63,830 nt of DNA, from assembly GCF_002571385.2 (NCBI RefSeq), contig NW_019218428.1, positions 15,792-79,621 of the forward strand, given 5' to 3'. The notes below the pieces were generated by a model that saw only the letters and a list, made by a program, of their open reading frames with translations, made no database searches and was not told the origin of the DNA. How positions within the stretch are numbered: the first letter of the stretch is position 1; every line of letters starts with the position of its first letter. This stretch comes from Stylophora pistillata. Taxonomy: Eukaryota. This document shows, piece after piece, positions 16,901 to 28,900 of this stretch. A program made the position numbers and the translations under genes.

Positions 16901-19900
16901 TTACAACTTAACTGCTTTCGATTTAATTAGCATGGCCGTTTTTCTACTTTAACAACGAGAGGCCATCACTTTCGCGTTGGTTAAAACAACTATGTCGCCT
17001 CATCAGTAATCCAAGTGATTGTTTTTTAATCTTTTTGCCAGGCACTTTTTTTATACTTTATACTTGTAATCTTGATGTTTCCAGCTGATAGTCAGATCAG
17101 ATTGCGTGATTTGTCACTATTAGGGCTATTAGATTAAGACGACATTAACTGTTGATTGATAATAATGTGACTGTCAGTACACTGAACATTTTTGATCGGT
17201 CAAATTCAGGTGGTTCTTTAGGGGCACTTGCAGCGCAGCTCGCAAAGAAAACGTCTACTGTTTGATTCTTGGTTCGTTTACCAGCCTTTAAGAAATACTC
17301 TGTTTGTAGTCGGTATACAATTTAATGAATACCAACAGGTGTTTTTGGATAATTGCTGTAGGTCATTTTCGTTCACAATTGCGTTTTTGTCAGTTGAGTG
17401 ATTCCAAGTAGTGGTCGGCTTCTTTTTTAAGTACTTATTTATTTATCATTTTGAAACTAATTGAGTGGTTTTATTTAGGGTCAGCATTAAAAAAAAAAAA
17501 AAAACATTCAGCACGGTTCTTCCGTAAGGCTTTCTAAGGCTGCTACTGATGAAAATGATGTCTGAGTCAGAGCGTCATAACTCGTGGCAAATAGATAAAA
17601 GTTTTCTTGTCCTACAGCCATTTACCCCGAAGATCAAGCTCATTACCATAGACGTAACCATACAGCTTAAATAGTTTATAAATTTCTATGGAAAAATGCG
17701 GTTTTATTTTACAAATCCTTTTTCTTTTCAGAAAAGTTTCTGAATTTTGACTCCAATCGTTGATAAGCTTGCCTTTTTTTATGGTTAACGGTTGAGAAAA
17801 TACTGGAGTGGAAATGTTGAGTGACTTGAGACGACGAGCGCATTTAGTATGTCAGCGGTTTGGAAAAAGAAACCTGAAAACTTGCTTCTTTCTTAAACAC
17901 AGTAATTAACCCAAAATGTTAAAGAGTTTTTCTCACGTACGGTAGCACTGACTCATCAACAAGCCACGTAAAAATACCATTAAAATCCTTCCAATCGCGA
18001 ATTTTAATTATTCTGTGTTTCTGTTCATCATCGCTATTATACCGATCACGACGAGTTATTGGGCTGTAAATCAATGTCGGCAAAGCGCAATCCTTTAGTC
18101 GTGATCCAATTTTGTTAGCGCATCAGGTTGCGTTTACGTCGACCCCATCCTTTACTGGAATAAAGTTGCACAGGACCAAAGTCCAGAGTTGAAATAAACT
18201 TTCGAGAAACCTTTTTTGTAGAAAGTGACTTAAAACAGTATCCTTTCTTTAAAGAACCATACGTTTATGGATCGATGCTACCATGCTTTTCAGTTGTTTC
18301 CTTGAAACCGATGTAGAAAAAAATTCCAAATTATCATTCAAGAAGTTTCGATTATTTTGCAAAATAAACTGAAGTTACCGCAGTTACTATGACAGCAAAA
18401 CTGCGGTATCCTACACTCAATCTCAAATGTAGCTTTAATTGTAATGTTCCTGCAACTTTATAACGAGTTCGTGACCCTGTAGTTAGCTGAGTATCAAGCA
18501 GTATAGCAAGATTTGGTTGCAAACTTTGTCTCAGGGTTGGCAGTTTTGTCTTTATTCAGAGCGGTGCACATGGTATATGGATCGAAGTATAGATAACGTT
18601 AATTCGTGGTTGTTTGTTTCAGCTTTCCTCCATCGTTTTTCACGTTTCACGCGCCCGATATACCTTTTTTCCTCTCCCTCTTTAAAATTAGTTTTCTGTT
18701 TAGGTGTACAAGTGCTACTTGAGCTTTTGAGGGCAGCAATTTCCTTTTAACCTATGAAGTACGAATTGTTGTCAGCTGTATTCAAGGGCCCTGATAAATG
18801 TTCATGTACTTTCAGGAAACTTTAATATGGTACACTGTTATAGGTGATAGCCGAACAAAGCTGTCTGCGACAATGTTTGAGACTCCTGTAATCGTGTGTG
18901 TTTTTCCAGTTGTTTACAAAGTACCATAACGATCCTTTGATAAACACTCGAATATAAGTATCCTTTATGAGAAATTTCTGTTTGGATGTACCTTTTAACC
19001 CTATCAGAACACCTAAAATTGTCATTTCCAAGTCGTTATTTGGCTCACTAAAACTTATGCGGCTGTTGATGACTTATGTTGTTAGTGCTACTGAAAGATT
19101 ATTGATGGTCATTTTTGCTGACAGTAATCTTGTTGAATTTACACGGAGAGTAAAGCCCTTAATTCCGTAAAAAGTCAAAGAACGGTTAGATAAACCACCA
19201 CTGTTTCATTATGGCTTCTGTAATATTCGGGCTTCTTGGGTCTAGAATTCCTCTGTGGCCACTGATGAGTCTCTAAAGATTATTCTCACGCAGTTATATC
19301 TAATCAGTTTTCCTTTAAACTGAAAGAGGGCGTTGAAGTGCTGGCTTTACAAAGTTATTTTTAACTGATGATGGCCATTTGACAAACTTAAATTTGAAAC
19401 CACAAGTCATTACACGAGCAAAGAGAACCGATAGTGATAGCATTTTTTGTATTTTATGATTCTTTCGCTGCTTTGGGTGTTACCAAGCTTTCATCGCCGT
19501 TATTTACCTTGATGTAATTGGGACGTGAATTATGGTCGATGGTATTTGGTGGTATATTTATCAGAGTTTCGGGGTTACAAGGATAACCCTTAAGTTCGCG
19601 GTATCTGTTTTACGTATTAATTTCATTCTGGACGCAGAAATCCTCCTAAACACATAGACAGGGAGAGGCATTCCTTTAACTCTAAAACATAATTGAATCG
19701 TATGCTGTGATTATTTAACTTATTCTTAAGTAGTACATATCTTATCTTACCACAGTACGAAATGAAGATTATTGCTTTAGAATTGTGTACAGATGTTTAT
19801 TGATTGAAACGAACTGTGTTAAAAAAGAAGAAAATGACAGTTCGAGATTACACACGTTTGGGTACTTTTTTTTACAATGTTACAGAGTGTTTATCAGGTA

Positions 19901-22900
19901 GAGTGTAACAAGCTTCAAGGTATTACATCTTGACATCTTTTCAGTTTTGGTAAACGATCTTCAATGTGCTCCTCGAAGGAGGAGCATATCCAAGAATAGT
20001 TGAATTATTTACTTCGATTACTTAACTGACTTTTAAGGAGGGCTTATCACTATCTCAGCATGATACAAAGTGAATAGAAAGTTGATAATCCAGTGAAACA
20101 CTGTCAAGATGTTTTTTGATTGAAACGAGCTGTGTCAAAGAAATAACCTCTAGCGATTGTGTCTCTAGCAGTTATTGTCTACGACCAATCCTAGTAGGCT
20201 TTATTGCGATACCCATAAGCTAACAGTTTTTTCTCTCAAATCACATATTTTTTTACAAAAACACTGCTGCTGCTCAACAGCGAATCACACTACTCTACGA
20301 ATATTACTCTTGTATGGATACTCAATTCTTATCGTTTTACCAAAGGTTACTGTTATCTTCAACTAGAAAACCAGATGTGACTTACGAGTCTACGCTTAAC
20401 ATCATTTAATTAAATACAAAGCTGAGGAATAAGGAATGTGAACTTTGAAGTCTTACATAAATCATTCGAGTTTTTGTAAAGTAAGCTCAGATCCATATGT
20501 GCACGAAGTCTGCGTTTGTCTACACCGTAATGCTCTAATTTGCTCCCTAGGTCCAGAATCGCGGACAAACATATCGTTTTTTGAGTTATTAGGTCTAAGC
20601 GTGGACAACTACTTAAACTGTGTATACATGTACAAAGCTGATCCTAAACTTCCCATAACGGGCCAGTAGTTATTCTTAATTCTTTCCTCAATTCTTACAG
20701 ACTGTGAAAGGTATTAGTGTAAGAGAACGTGTTATTCGAGGATTTACGGTATTGATGATGTTCTAGGTATTAATGTCATCATACTCTTGGTTGTACCTAT
20801 TCGTACGCCAAGGTAGCTGGTGTTGGTGCATGTATCTCCACGGTGGAATGAGCCGTGCAATGTCCAGTAATGACAAGGCGTTCCTCACGCGATACAGATG
20901 TTTGTCTGTGCTGCTAGCAATACCAACCAACTCTTGTATACCAGGCATGTAATTCCCAACACCAATAGCAAAGATTTCCACTCCAAGGATTTTCAGTTGA
21001 AAGGCCCGGTACAGAGTGAGGTGGATGTGCATGTTGGAACTCCCATCAGTGAGAAGAAGAACGCGTTTTTTGGCTCGTGGACGTAAATTCGATTTTTTGT
21101 TCTGAAAGAGCTTTGTCCGGCAATTGAGGAGTGCGTCTTGTGTGTTTGTCTTTTCGCCGACGAAACGCACTCTAGTGCGCAGATAATGCTTAGCAGTTCT
21201 TTGATCGGTGAAGTCAAAGGCGACGGTTGCTTTGTCAGAGTACACGATACCTGCATAATGCGTGTTCGGGTCTGCTTTGTCGATCAGAGTCTGCAGAGCT
21301 TTGATGCCTCGATGAAAATCCCGTTTTCGAATGGAATTGGAGGCGTCGACCACGAGAACGACTTCGTACTCAGTTTGATCGATATCTCTTCGGTGGCGTC
21401 TCTTGTTTTGGATGAAAAACTGTTCAATTTTCCTGGCGGTGACTCGTTCTTTTGGCACCATCTGTATTCCTGTAAAAATAATTGCAATTTCGTCATACTC
21501 TAGGTCTTTGAGGCTATTTTTTTTTTTTTGTTAAAATTTCAAACGATGTTTATTATAAAGACACTTTACAAAATTCAGAACCTTGGATTCCTTTTTTTTT
21601 TTTTGTACAATGCAGTATTTTGTGGTTTGGTACTTTGTACTTTATGAGATGAGTGTCTGATCTGTGGATGATTACGAAGCATTCACCTGTATTTAATTCA
21701 GGTAATAGTCAACTTATGGCAATCTGCTTTACTACTTTGATGCTTTTATATATGTTTGGTAATCGTAAACATTCAGAGTTTGAGTGATCACCCTTTCAAA
21801 GGGTCTACCGTCAAAGAATTCAATTGCCGTGTTTTGAATCGCATAATGAACCAGTTCGGGAGAACTGGAAGGAGTATTAACCGCTAGGGCTTCAAATAGG
21901 TAACACTGACACTTACGAGAGAAAAAAAACATGCCACTTTTCTTCGTTCGTTCCCAGACAAAACACTGCGAGAGGGTTCCCGCTCATAGCAATAGAAATA
22001 CTTTCGCGGCAATCATCTGTGAGAATTGTCCCTCGGAAGTTTGTTGCCTCTGCAGTTTTTACACCTTGAGTCGGTACGACCTCCTGTCTCGCAGTGTTTC
22101 TAGTCCAATGATGTTTACCGCCGGGAGACAAATTGTTTTTCTGATCTGATGTGTGTTAACAGGGTAGTTTCACTCGATACAATTTTTTAAATTTGGTGTA
22201 TATTTCACACCCTTAATTGTTGAAAATTGATTTTCGGCTGTAGTTCTAGAAACTGTCGATTTTCTCTTGATAACTCCCTACGAAAATAGCTAAACTTTAG
22301 TGTGACACGGTCAGCTATATCCCGCAAAAAATGTTTCGTATTTCTCTCACGGGAAGAATTCTGGGAGAAATGATATGAACGGTTGTGTTGTCAGGATCCA
22401 TTACAAAAACGGCTGTTAATTTTTTTTCTTATTGTTCTTACTTTTATCGATTGTTTGCCACATGGTAGCGCATTTGACACTTGTAGAATTCTAATATATA
22501 ACCATCGAATTAAAACAAGTATAAATTAAGAAACTTATGCTCAACTTAAAGGAAAAATCGTTCCGTTTTACTTTAAGTGTGAGAAGTCAAATCGTAACAT
22601 ATACCAGAAACAGGATAAAGGTAATTTGAAAGGTTAAATTTTTATATTCCTTTTAAACTATCGCCTTTTTATCCGATGTGATAAAATTTATATCATACAG
22701 CTGCCTTTAGCTTGTTTGATATAACCGTACGTCGCCTCTAGATAAAAGCATAAGTTTCCTTGATCTGATATTATCACAACCAGATTTTAGTATTGTTAAT
22801 CCTTTTTGACTGCAATTTGAATCAGGCTCTTTATTTACCTCCTGACTATCTAATATCTACCAGGTGGGAATTTCTACGTCCACCAGCATAAAAACATTAA

Positions 22901-25900
22901 TGAATTTAGCTCGCTCCTAAAATGTTTGAAACATCTTCTTTTTGACTCAATGTTTGCGTGTAGCAACTAGCTGTGAGACGCAGCTCAGTGCGTAATAGCA
23001 GGTCGTGTGGTCATGGGAGGTCACAGATCATACTTAGCCGTGGTTTTCGATTCTTCGAGAAGACGGTATTTCTAAGTTCTCCCTTTCCGAATTTCCGGGT
23101 TACCTGTCAGCGTAACGTTTTTTTTTTTGGGTGCGTTTTTTAATTTTCCGTTTTCTACCTCATTCGAGTTTTCTAAGATTTGATGAAAACCTTGGGATAT
23201 TTTACTTAACATTCTTTTTCTTAAGCAGTTATGACAAGTTGCAATAAATTTTATCATATATCTTTTTCATCTATTTATCTTTTTTAAGTGAGGCCATGAA
23301 GTAGTCGAGTTTGTTATCTTAGATTTATCACCGTTTCTAAATTCTCTGAACTCATTTGGCATGTGTACTGAACTCGATCAAATGACCTACTTCAAAGTTC
23401 GGCGGAGTGCATATTTTCTAGATTATTTTTAAACTTATTCTGTCACTTGAATTCGTTTACGACTCGTTCTTTTTTTTTGTCTGTAGCTAGCATGGTTGCT
23501 GAATTTTTTTTTTTCCCATGAGAGAAATAGCACGTATAAGCAATTTTTTTTTTTTTATGTGCCTTTTTTTGTCTTCAGTGGCGACTGTTTCGTGTGACCT
23601 ATAGAGTTCAATGTAAGTGATTCCGGAATAGTGCTGACAAACATTTTAAAACGCAAATGGATGTTGAAAGGGCTTTTATTGTGGATTATTCCATTCGTGA
23701 TGTTATGAGAATCTCTTTAAAGTATCTCTCTCCCTTTGATGATGAATGATGAAAGTATCCTTGACACTATTCCTATCAAAGGAAATGTTTTTTGGCTTTG
23801 AAAACCAATCTTGAACGCACGTTTCCGTGTTAAATGCTCATGAGAGCGCTGCTGGAGGTATTTTGCTGTTTTAGAGTTCAAATGTTTTAAAAAGTGATGC
23901 CCCGTGGTATTATTTCCGCTGATTACTTTTGCAGGTGAAGTGGGATTAACTCACCATTGTGTGTTGGTAGTTGTCGTTTTTAAGCGCTCTTAATGTGCAC
24001 AATACTGTTAAGTACTAATCCTGTTGGACTCGGTAAATTCGATAATTATTGGACCGATTACTATGCAAACATTCTCAAAATCTGTAAATAAATATCTACT
24101 TGGTTAAAAGATAACAATATTCGTCAATGACCGACCAAGGAACGTAAATATTTTCTATGGTGCAGTATGACGTCAATATCATCTTCTCCTCGGCACTCAT
24201 ATTGACAGTGCCCTTTCGCCCTGTGAGGGTGTTAGTATTTCCTTCGTAAATCAAATAAAATGAACACAAGTAAAAAAATTAAGTTAGACGAAGAGAAGGA
24301 ATTTTCCGTTTATTTTCTTGTTGTTATCTTTTTTTTATCGCTACTCCACCGACAACATGATCACATCCGCTTCTTGTAGTAAATTCACCGTTAATTTTGA
24401 CAGTTTCCCTTTCATTATACACAAGGAAAGATTGAGAACAATTAAGGACAAAGGATGCGTATAGTCTCTTTAACTCATCAAAGTTTTCCTTGATTTCAAA
24501 AAAAAGTCGATGTAGCTAATTTTACCTAACATGTTCACTGAACTATTTTTAATAACGAAGCAATTATTGCGTGCAATAAGAATGTCGGATAACCAAGTAC
24601 GTTTCTTGGAATCGCCACTAATTAAGAGGTAAAACCCACTGCCTAACTAGGGCATGAAGACTGTTAAAGAACTCGTATTGTTCTAGTTTGGCAGCCTATG
24701 TCTTGATATACTTAGTCCTGTTTTCTCTTCTTTTTTTTTTTTTTTATTTCGCATTCCTTGTTGCAGTTATTAGCTTATTTCACACTTTCCTTGTTGACTT
24801 TCCTCAGTAGATCAACGTTCCAATTTTTCTTTTACGCATGGTATTGGTAATGTAAAAAGAACCGAAATATTACAGTCGATTCCCTGTTTGTTGTATAATG
24901 TCCTGCTTATACCTATATTTGAAGTTGGCAGCATTTTCTTCGGAATTATTATCTTGTTAAGACTTTCTCGTTTGTGGCGTCTTCTAGACCCATCACACTG
25001 CTAATTCTCTTAATTGGGATTCAGTTATTTCGTAGTTTCCATGTTCAAAATAAAGAAAATCTTAGCCACTTTTCTAAAGTTAGTCAGACATCAAGACGAT
25101 TGATAGCGCTAAAATGATTAAGGTGTTATGTATTGCTAGCTCTCAGTTGATGCACCATATCTTTAAAAGTCATTTCCGAAACCAACCCTTTAAAGGAGCG
25201 TGTCAAAGTCGTTGTCCACCTCTATGAAAATTAATCTCAAAGTAGAGGAATAAAAAAGATATAAGTTTTAAAAGATAGAAAAGTAACTTAAAATGGTTTT
25301 GAATGCACTTAAGCGGAACAAGTATGGAGAACGATAGAGACGTTTGAGAGTAATTTTATGTATCTTAAAATGGTTTAAAAAAAAGTCAATACTCGTTTCG
25401 TAAACTATAATTAGAGGCTGACACTTTCTATTGGCGCCTACCATTGGGGACAACTAACTTGCTGGAAAGGTCAATTTTCAAATTGAACGATAATCTTTCT
25501 ATTCGAGAGAGAGTGAATTAGTTTAGACATTTGCTGATCTGGCGATCTAAACTTGAAAAATTATGTTAGTGAAAGGACTGGTCTGGCCGGTATAGTTACT
25601 GTCTACGATGTTTCACAAATTTTTTTCTGCTGGAATTCGAGACTTACTCCGATTTTGTTGTTTAAATTTAGAAAAAGGTTTTCGTGACTATCGCATTCAT
25701 TCGTTTGACATTCGAATGCACTCCAGACAATTCGATGGGCATAGATTGCATCTGAGATCACGCAAAAGAATTAAGAAAATGCCACTTCTTCTTTCCAAAA
25801 GAATGCACTTCATATGGTTTAAAAGAACGAGGCATGATCCAAACGATAATAACACTGTTCCATAACTCTTTGTGACTGCAACAGAACTTAATATGGATTG

Positions 25901-28900
25901 TAATTATGACTACATTCTATTTTTTTCATGAACGATCAGTTTGCAAACAAACAGCTAGGATGCTGGATATTTCTTAGAATCTGTTAAAGAAATCATGAGC
26001 TTATTGAAATAATTCTCTTTTTTGTTCAAAGTTCCATGTGTAGAATTGTGTCAAGTATACGGCAAATGCGCACTATTTTTCTTTCAACGCCAATATACGA
26101 GAAACGTAACCTCCAGGAAGGAAGACTCACTGATAATTAGCGCGCAAGTGAAAGTGACAGTTTTGTCTAGGCACCATGAGCGGTGCAAAGCGCGAACGAC
26201 GGCTGTCACCACATGGGTGGCTTGAATGGTAATCTGCCGCTAGATGAACTCAAACATTTAAGGGTTAAATTAATCTTTTATCCCTTTGGAGCGTAATCGT
26301 TCTTTGAATACACGGCTCTCTATGTTGCCCTTCTCTCTCTTTTTCCCCTTGCGTTGTGTCCCTTTTCTTTTGCAGGGAGCTGGGAGTCGGTGAGTCATCA
26401 ATTATGCTTCAAGGGCCAAAGGTCGAGCTATTTGGTGTTTTATTTTTACGCCTTCGCGCGAGCCAGTTTACAAAATAACTCAATAATGGAGAAGACTCAC
26501 GTAACACCGATTTTGAATTCCTCACTTAATTCATTTTGCGAATGTTCCAATTCACCGGCAGCGAGATAATTAGTGAACCAGTCTGTGACCGGCTTCAGTT
26601 CCGAAGGTGATAAAAGGAGCTCCAGAAAATGAAAGAACTCTTCCTTTCCGTTTTCAGGTAAATCGCAGTCTCTTGATTGGCAAAGTCTTTCCTCGTCTTC
26701 TTGCTCACGTTGAAATTTACCAACCTTCTGGCAAAAAGCTTGTTGCACAGGTCATAGCTTGGTACAGCTGTCTGTTGCATAGGCGAGACTGCCATGAATT
26801 AAATTAATCAGAGTCATATCTCAAACGTTTCCTTACCAAGTTGTGGATTGATTAAACACAAATCATTTATGGTGCACATACCAAGGACATACCAAGGACA
26901 TACCAAGCAGAGGACTTGATATGTGGGTGTTAACGATAGTAAAACGGTTAAATTTTGACGTCCTTAGGAATGTGAATTTCCTTCATATTACCGGCCGGTA
27001 AATTTGTTAAGCCTCGTTGTAGGAAATTTCATATTTTATTTTGTCGTCTGCCCAGATCCTGAGGACATATTTTCCCCAGAAGTAGCAGAAACGATACACT
27101 GTCACTTTGTTAGAAGAGTTTTTAACTCGTCGTGGCGACTTGTAAAATCATTTGAAATTAAGATGGAGATGATTATGCCCATAAGTGGAACAAAGTCAAA
27201 TATGTGCACAGTTGGATACGTGTGTATTAAGGATAACTAGCAGAAAGAATTACTTTTTGTAATTGTTTTTACCCCTGTCGCTTTGTTATCTGTAGTGGTG
27301 ACTTGTGCGTTATAGATAACAAAGCGACTCCAAAGAACTACATTGGATTGACTGAAGGAACTTTTAAACAAAGATTTAACCGACACAAGGTCACATTCCG
27401 ACACAGAAAATACACTAACAGCACTGAATTATCTAAATACATCTGGAAACTGAAAGAAAACTCTGTAAACTTCAGCATAAAATGGTCCATTATTGCAAGA
27501 GCAAGGCCCTACAACAACACAACGAAAAGATGCCGCGACCATTGCCTTACCGAAAAACTCATGATTATTAAGTCTAACAGCAGCAATTTATTGAATAAAA
27601 GATCTGAACTTATATCCAAGTGCCGCCACGAAAACAAGTTTTATCCAAAGAACAGTGAACGGTCCCCTGCTACAATAGACTTCTGCTAATACACTCACAC
27701 CCATTTTCTCATTATCCTTTATATATCCACATTAACTGTAATTTTCGCTTTATCTCACCTATTGTGCATATTAGATAACAACGGCCTATTGTAATCAGCA
27801 CCTATCCTTTTGAATATGGATCAGCATATATAAATTAGCCCACAGAAATGTTTGCCATTAAATCTGTTTGACGAGTGCGAAAGCACGAAACTCAGAGTAA
27901 CAGGGAATCATGACACNNNNNNNNNNNCTATCATTTTTATTTTCACATCGGTAAGCATGTCTGCCGTCCCCGGAGGACCACTCTTCATTCTTCATTCAAA
28001 ACTACAAATTGATTTCCATCCAGCCCCTTCAGGGAAGCGCTACCTCCCAGCGAGAGAGGGAGTTGACAAAAAGGACTTCTGGGAGTGGGATGGTTTAAGT
28101 GTCGACTAATCGATTAATGAACGTACTCTAAGAATAAACAAATGAATAAATAAATATATACTTATATAATATACCTTAGTTAAAGAATCAAAGAGGACAC
28201 ATCGATTCTCTGTTACGCTGACGAGCGCTTCGGCGCGAAACTCAGAGTAACAGAGAATCGATGCGTCCTCTTTGATTCTTTAACTAAAGTATAATTAGCT
28301 CTGCTAACACAGCATTGAGCACTTTATGCCAAGGCAGACTCTACCCTCACACTATAGGCAACGTAGGATCCAGGACAGTGCTCCACAATAAAAGAGCGAT
28401 TACAGCAAATGGACTACTCAAGTTATGCACATATGGATTTTAATACAGCCTGTTTCGTAGACCAACAAAAGTTGATCCACTCATCAGTCAAACTCCATAC
28501 ACACCAATTTTGACTGATGAGTGGATCAACTTTTGTTGGTCTACGAAACAGGCTGTATTAAAATCCATATGTGCATAACTTGAGTAGTCCATTTGCTGTA
28601 ATCGCTCTTTTATTGTGGAGCACTGTCCTGGATCCTACGTTGCCTATAGTGTGAGGGTAGAGTCTGCCTTGGCATAAAGTGCTCAATGCTGTGTTAGCAG
28701 AGCTAATTATACTTTAGTTAAAGAATCAAAGAGGACGCATCGATTCTCTGTTACTCTGAGTTTCGCGCCGAAGCGCTCGTCAGCGTAACAGAGAATCGAT
28801 GTGTCCTCTTTGATTCTTTAACTAAGGTATATTATATAAGTATATATTTATTTATTCATTTGTTTATTCTTAGAGTACGTTCATTAATCGATTAGTCGAC

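Noticed and set aside
21984-21986. Selenocysteine interpretation of the TGA in VWA-B
   Set aside because: It lies in a cleaved signal peptide, and I could not identify a SECIS by eye.
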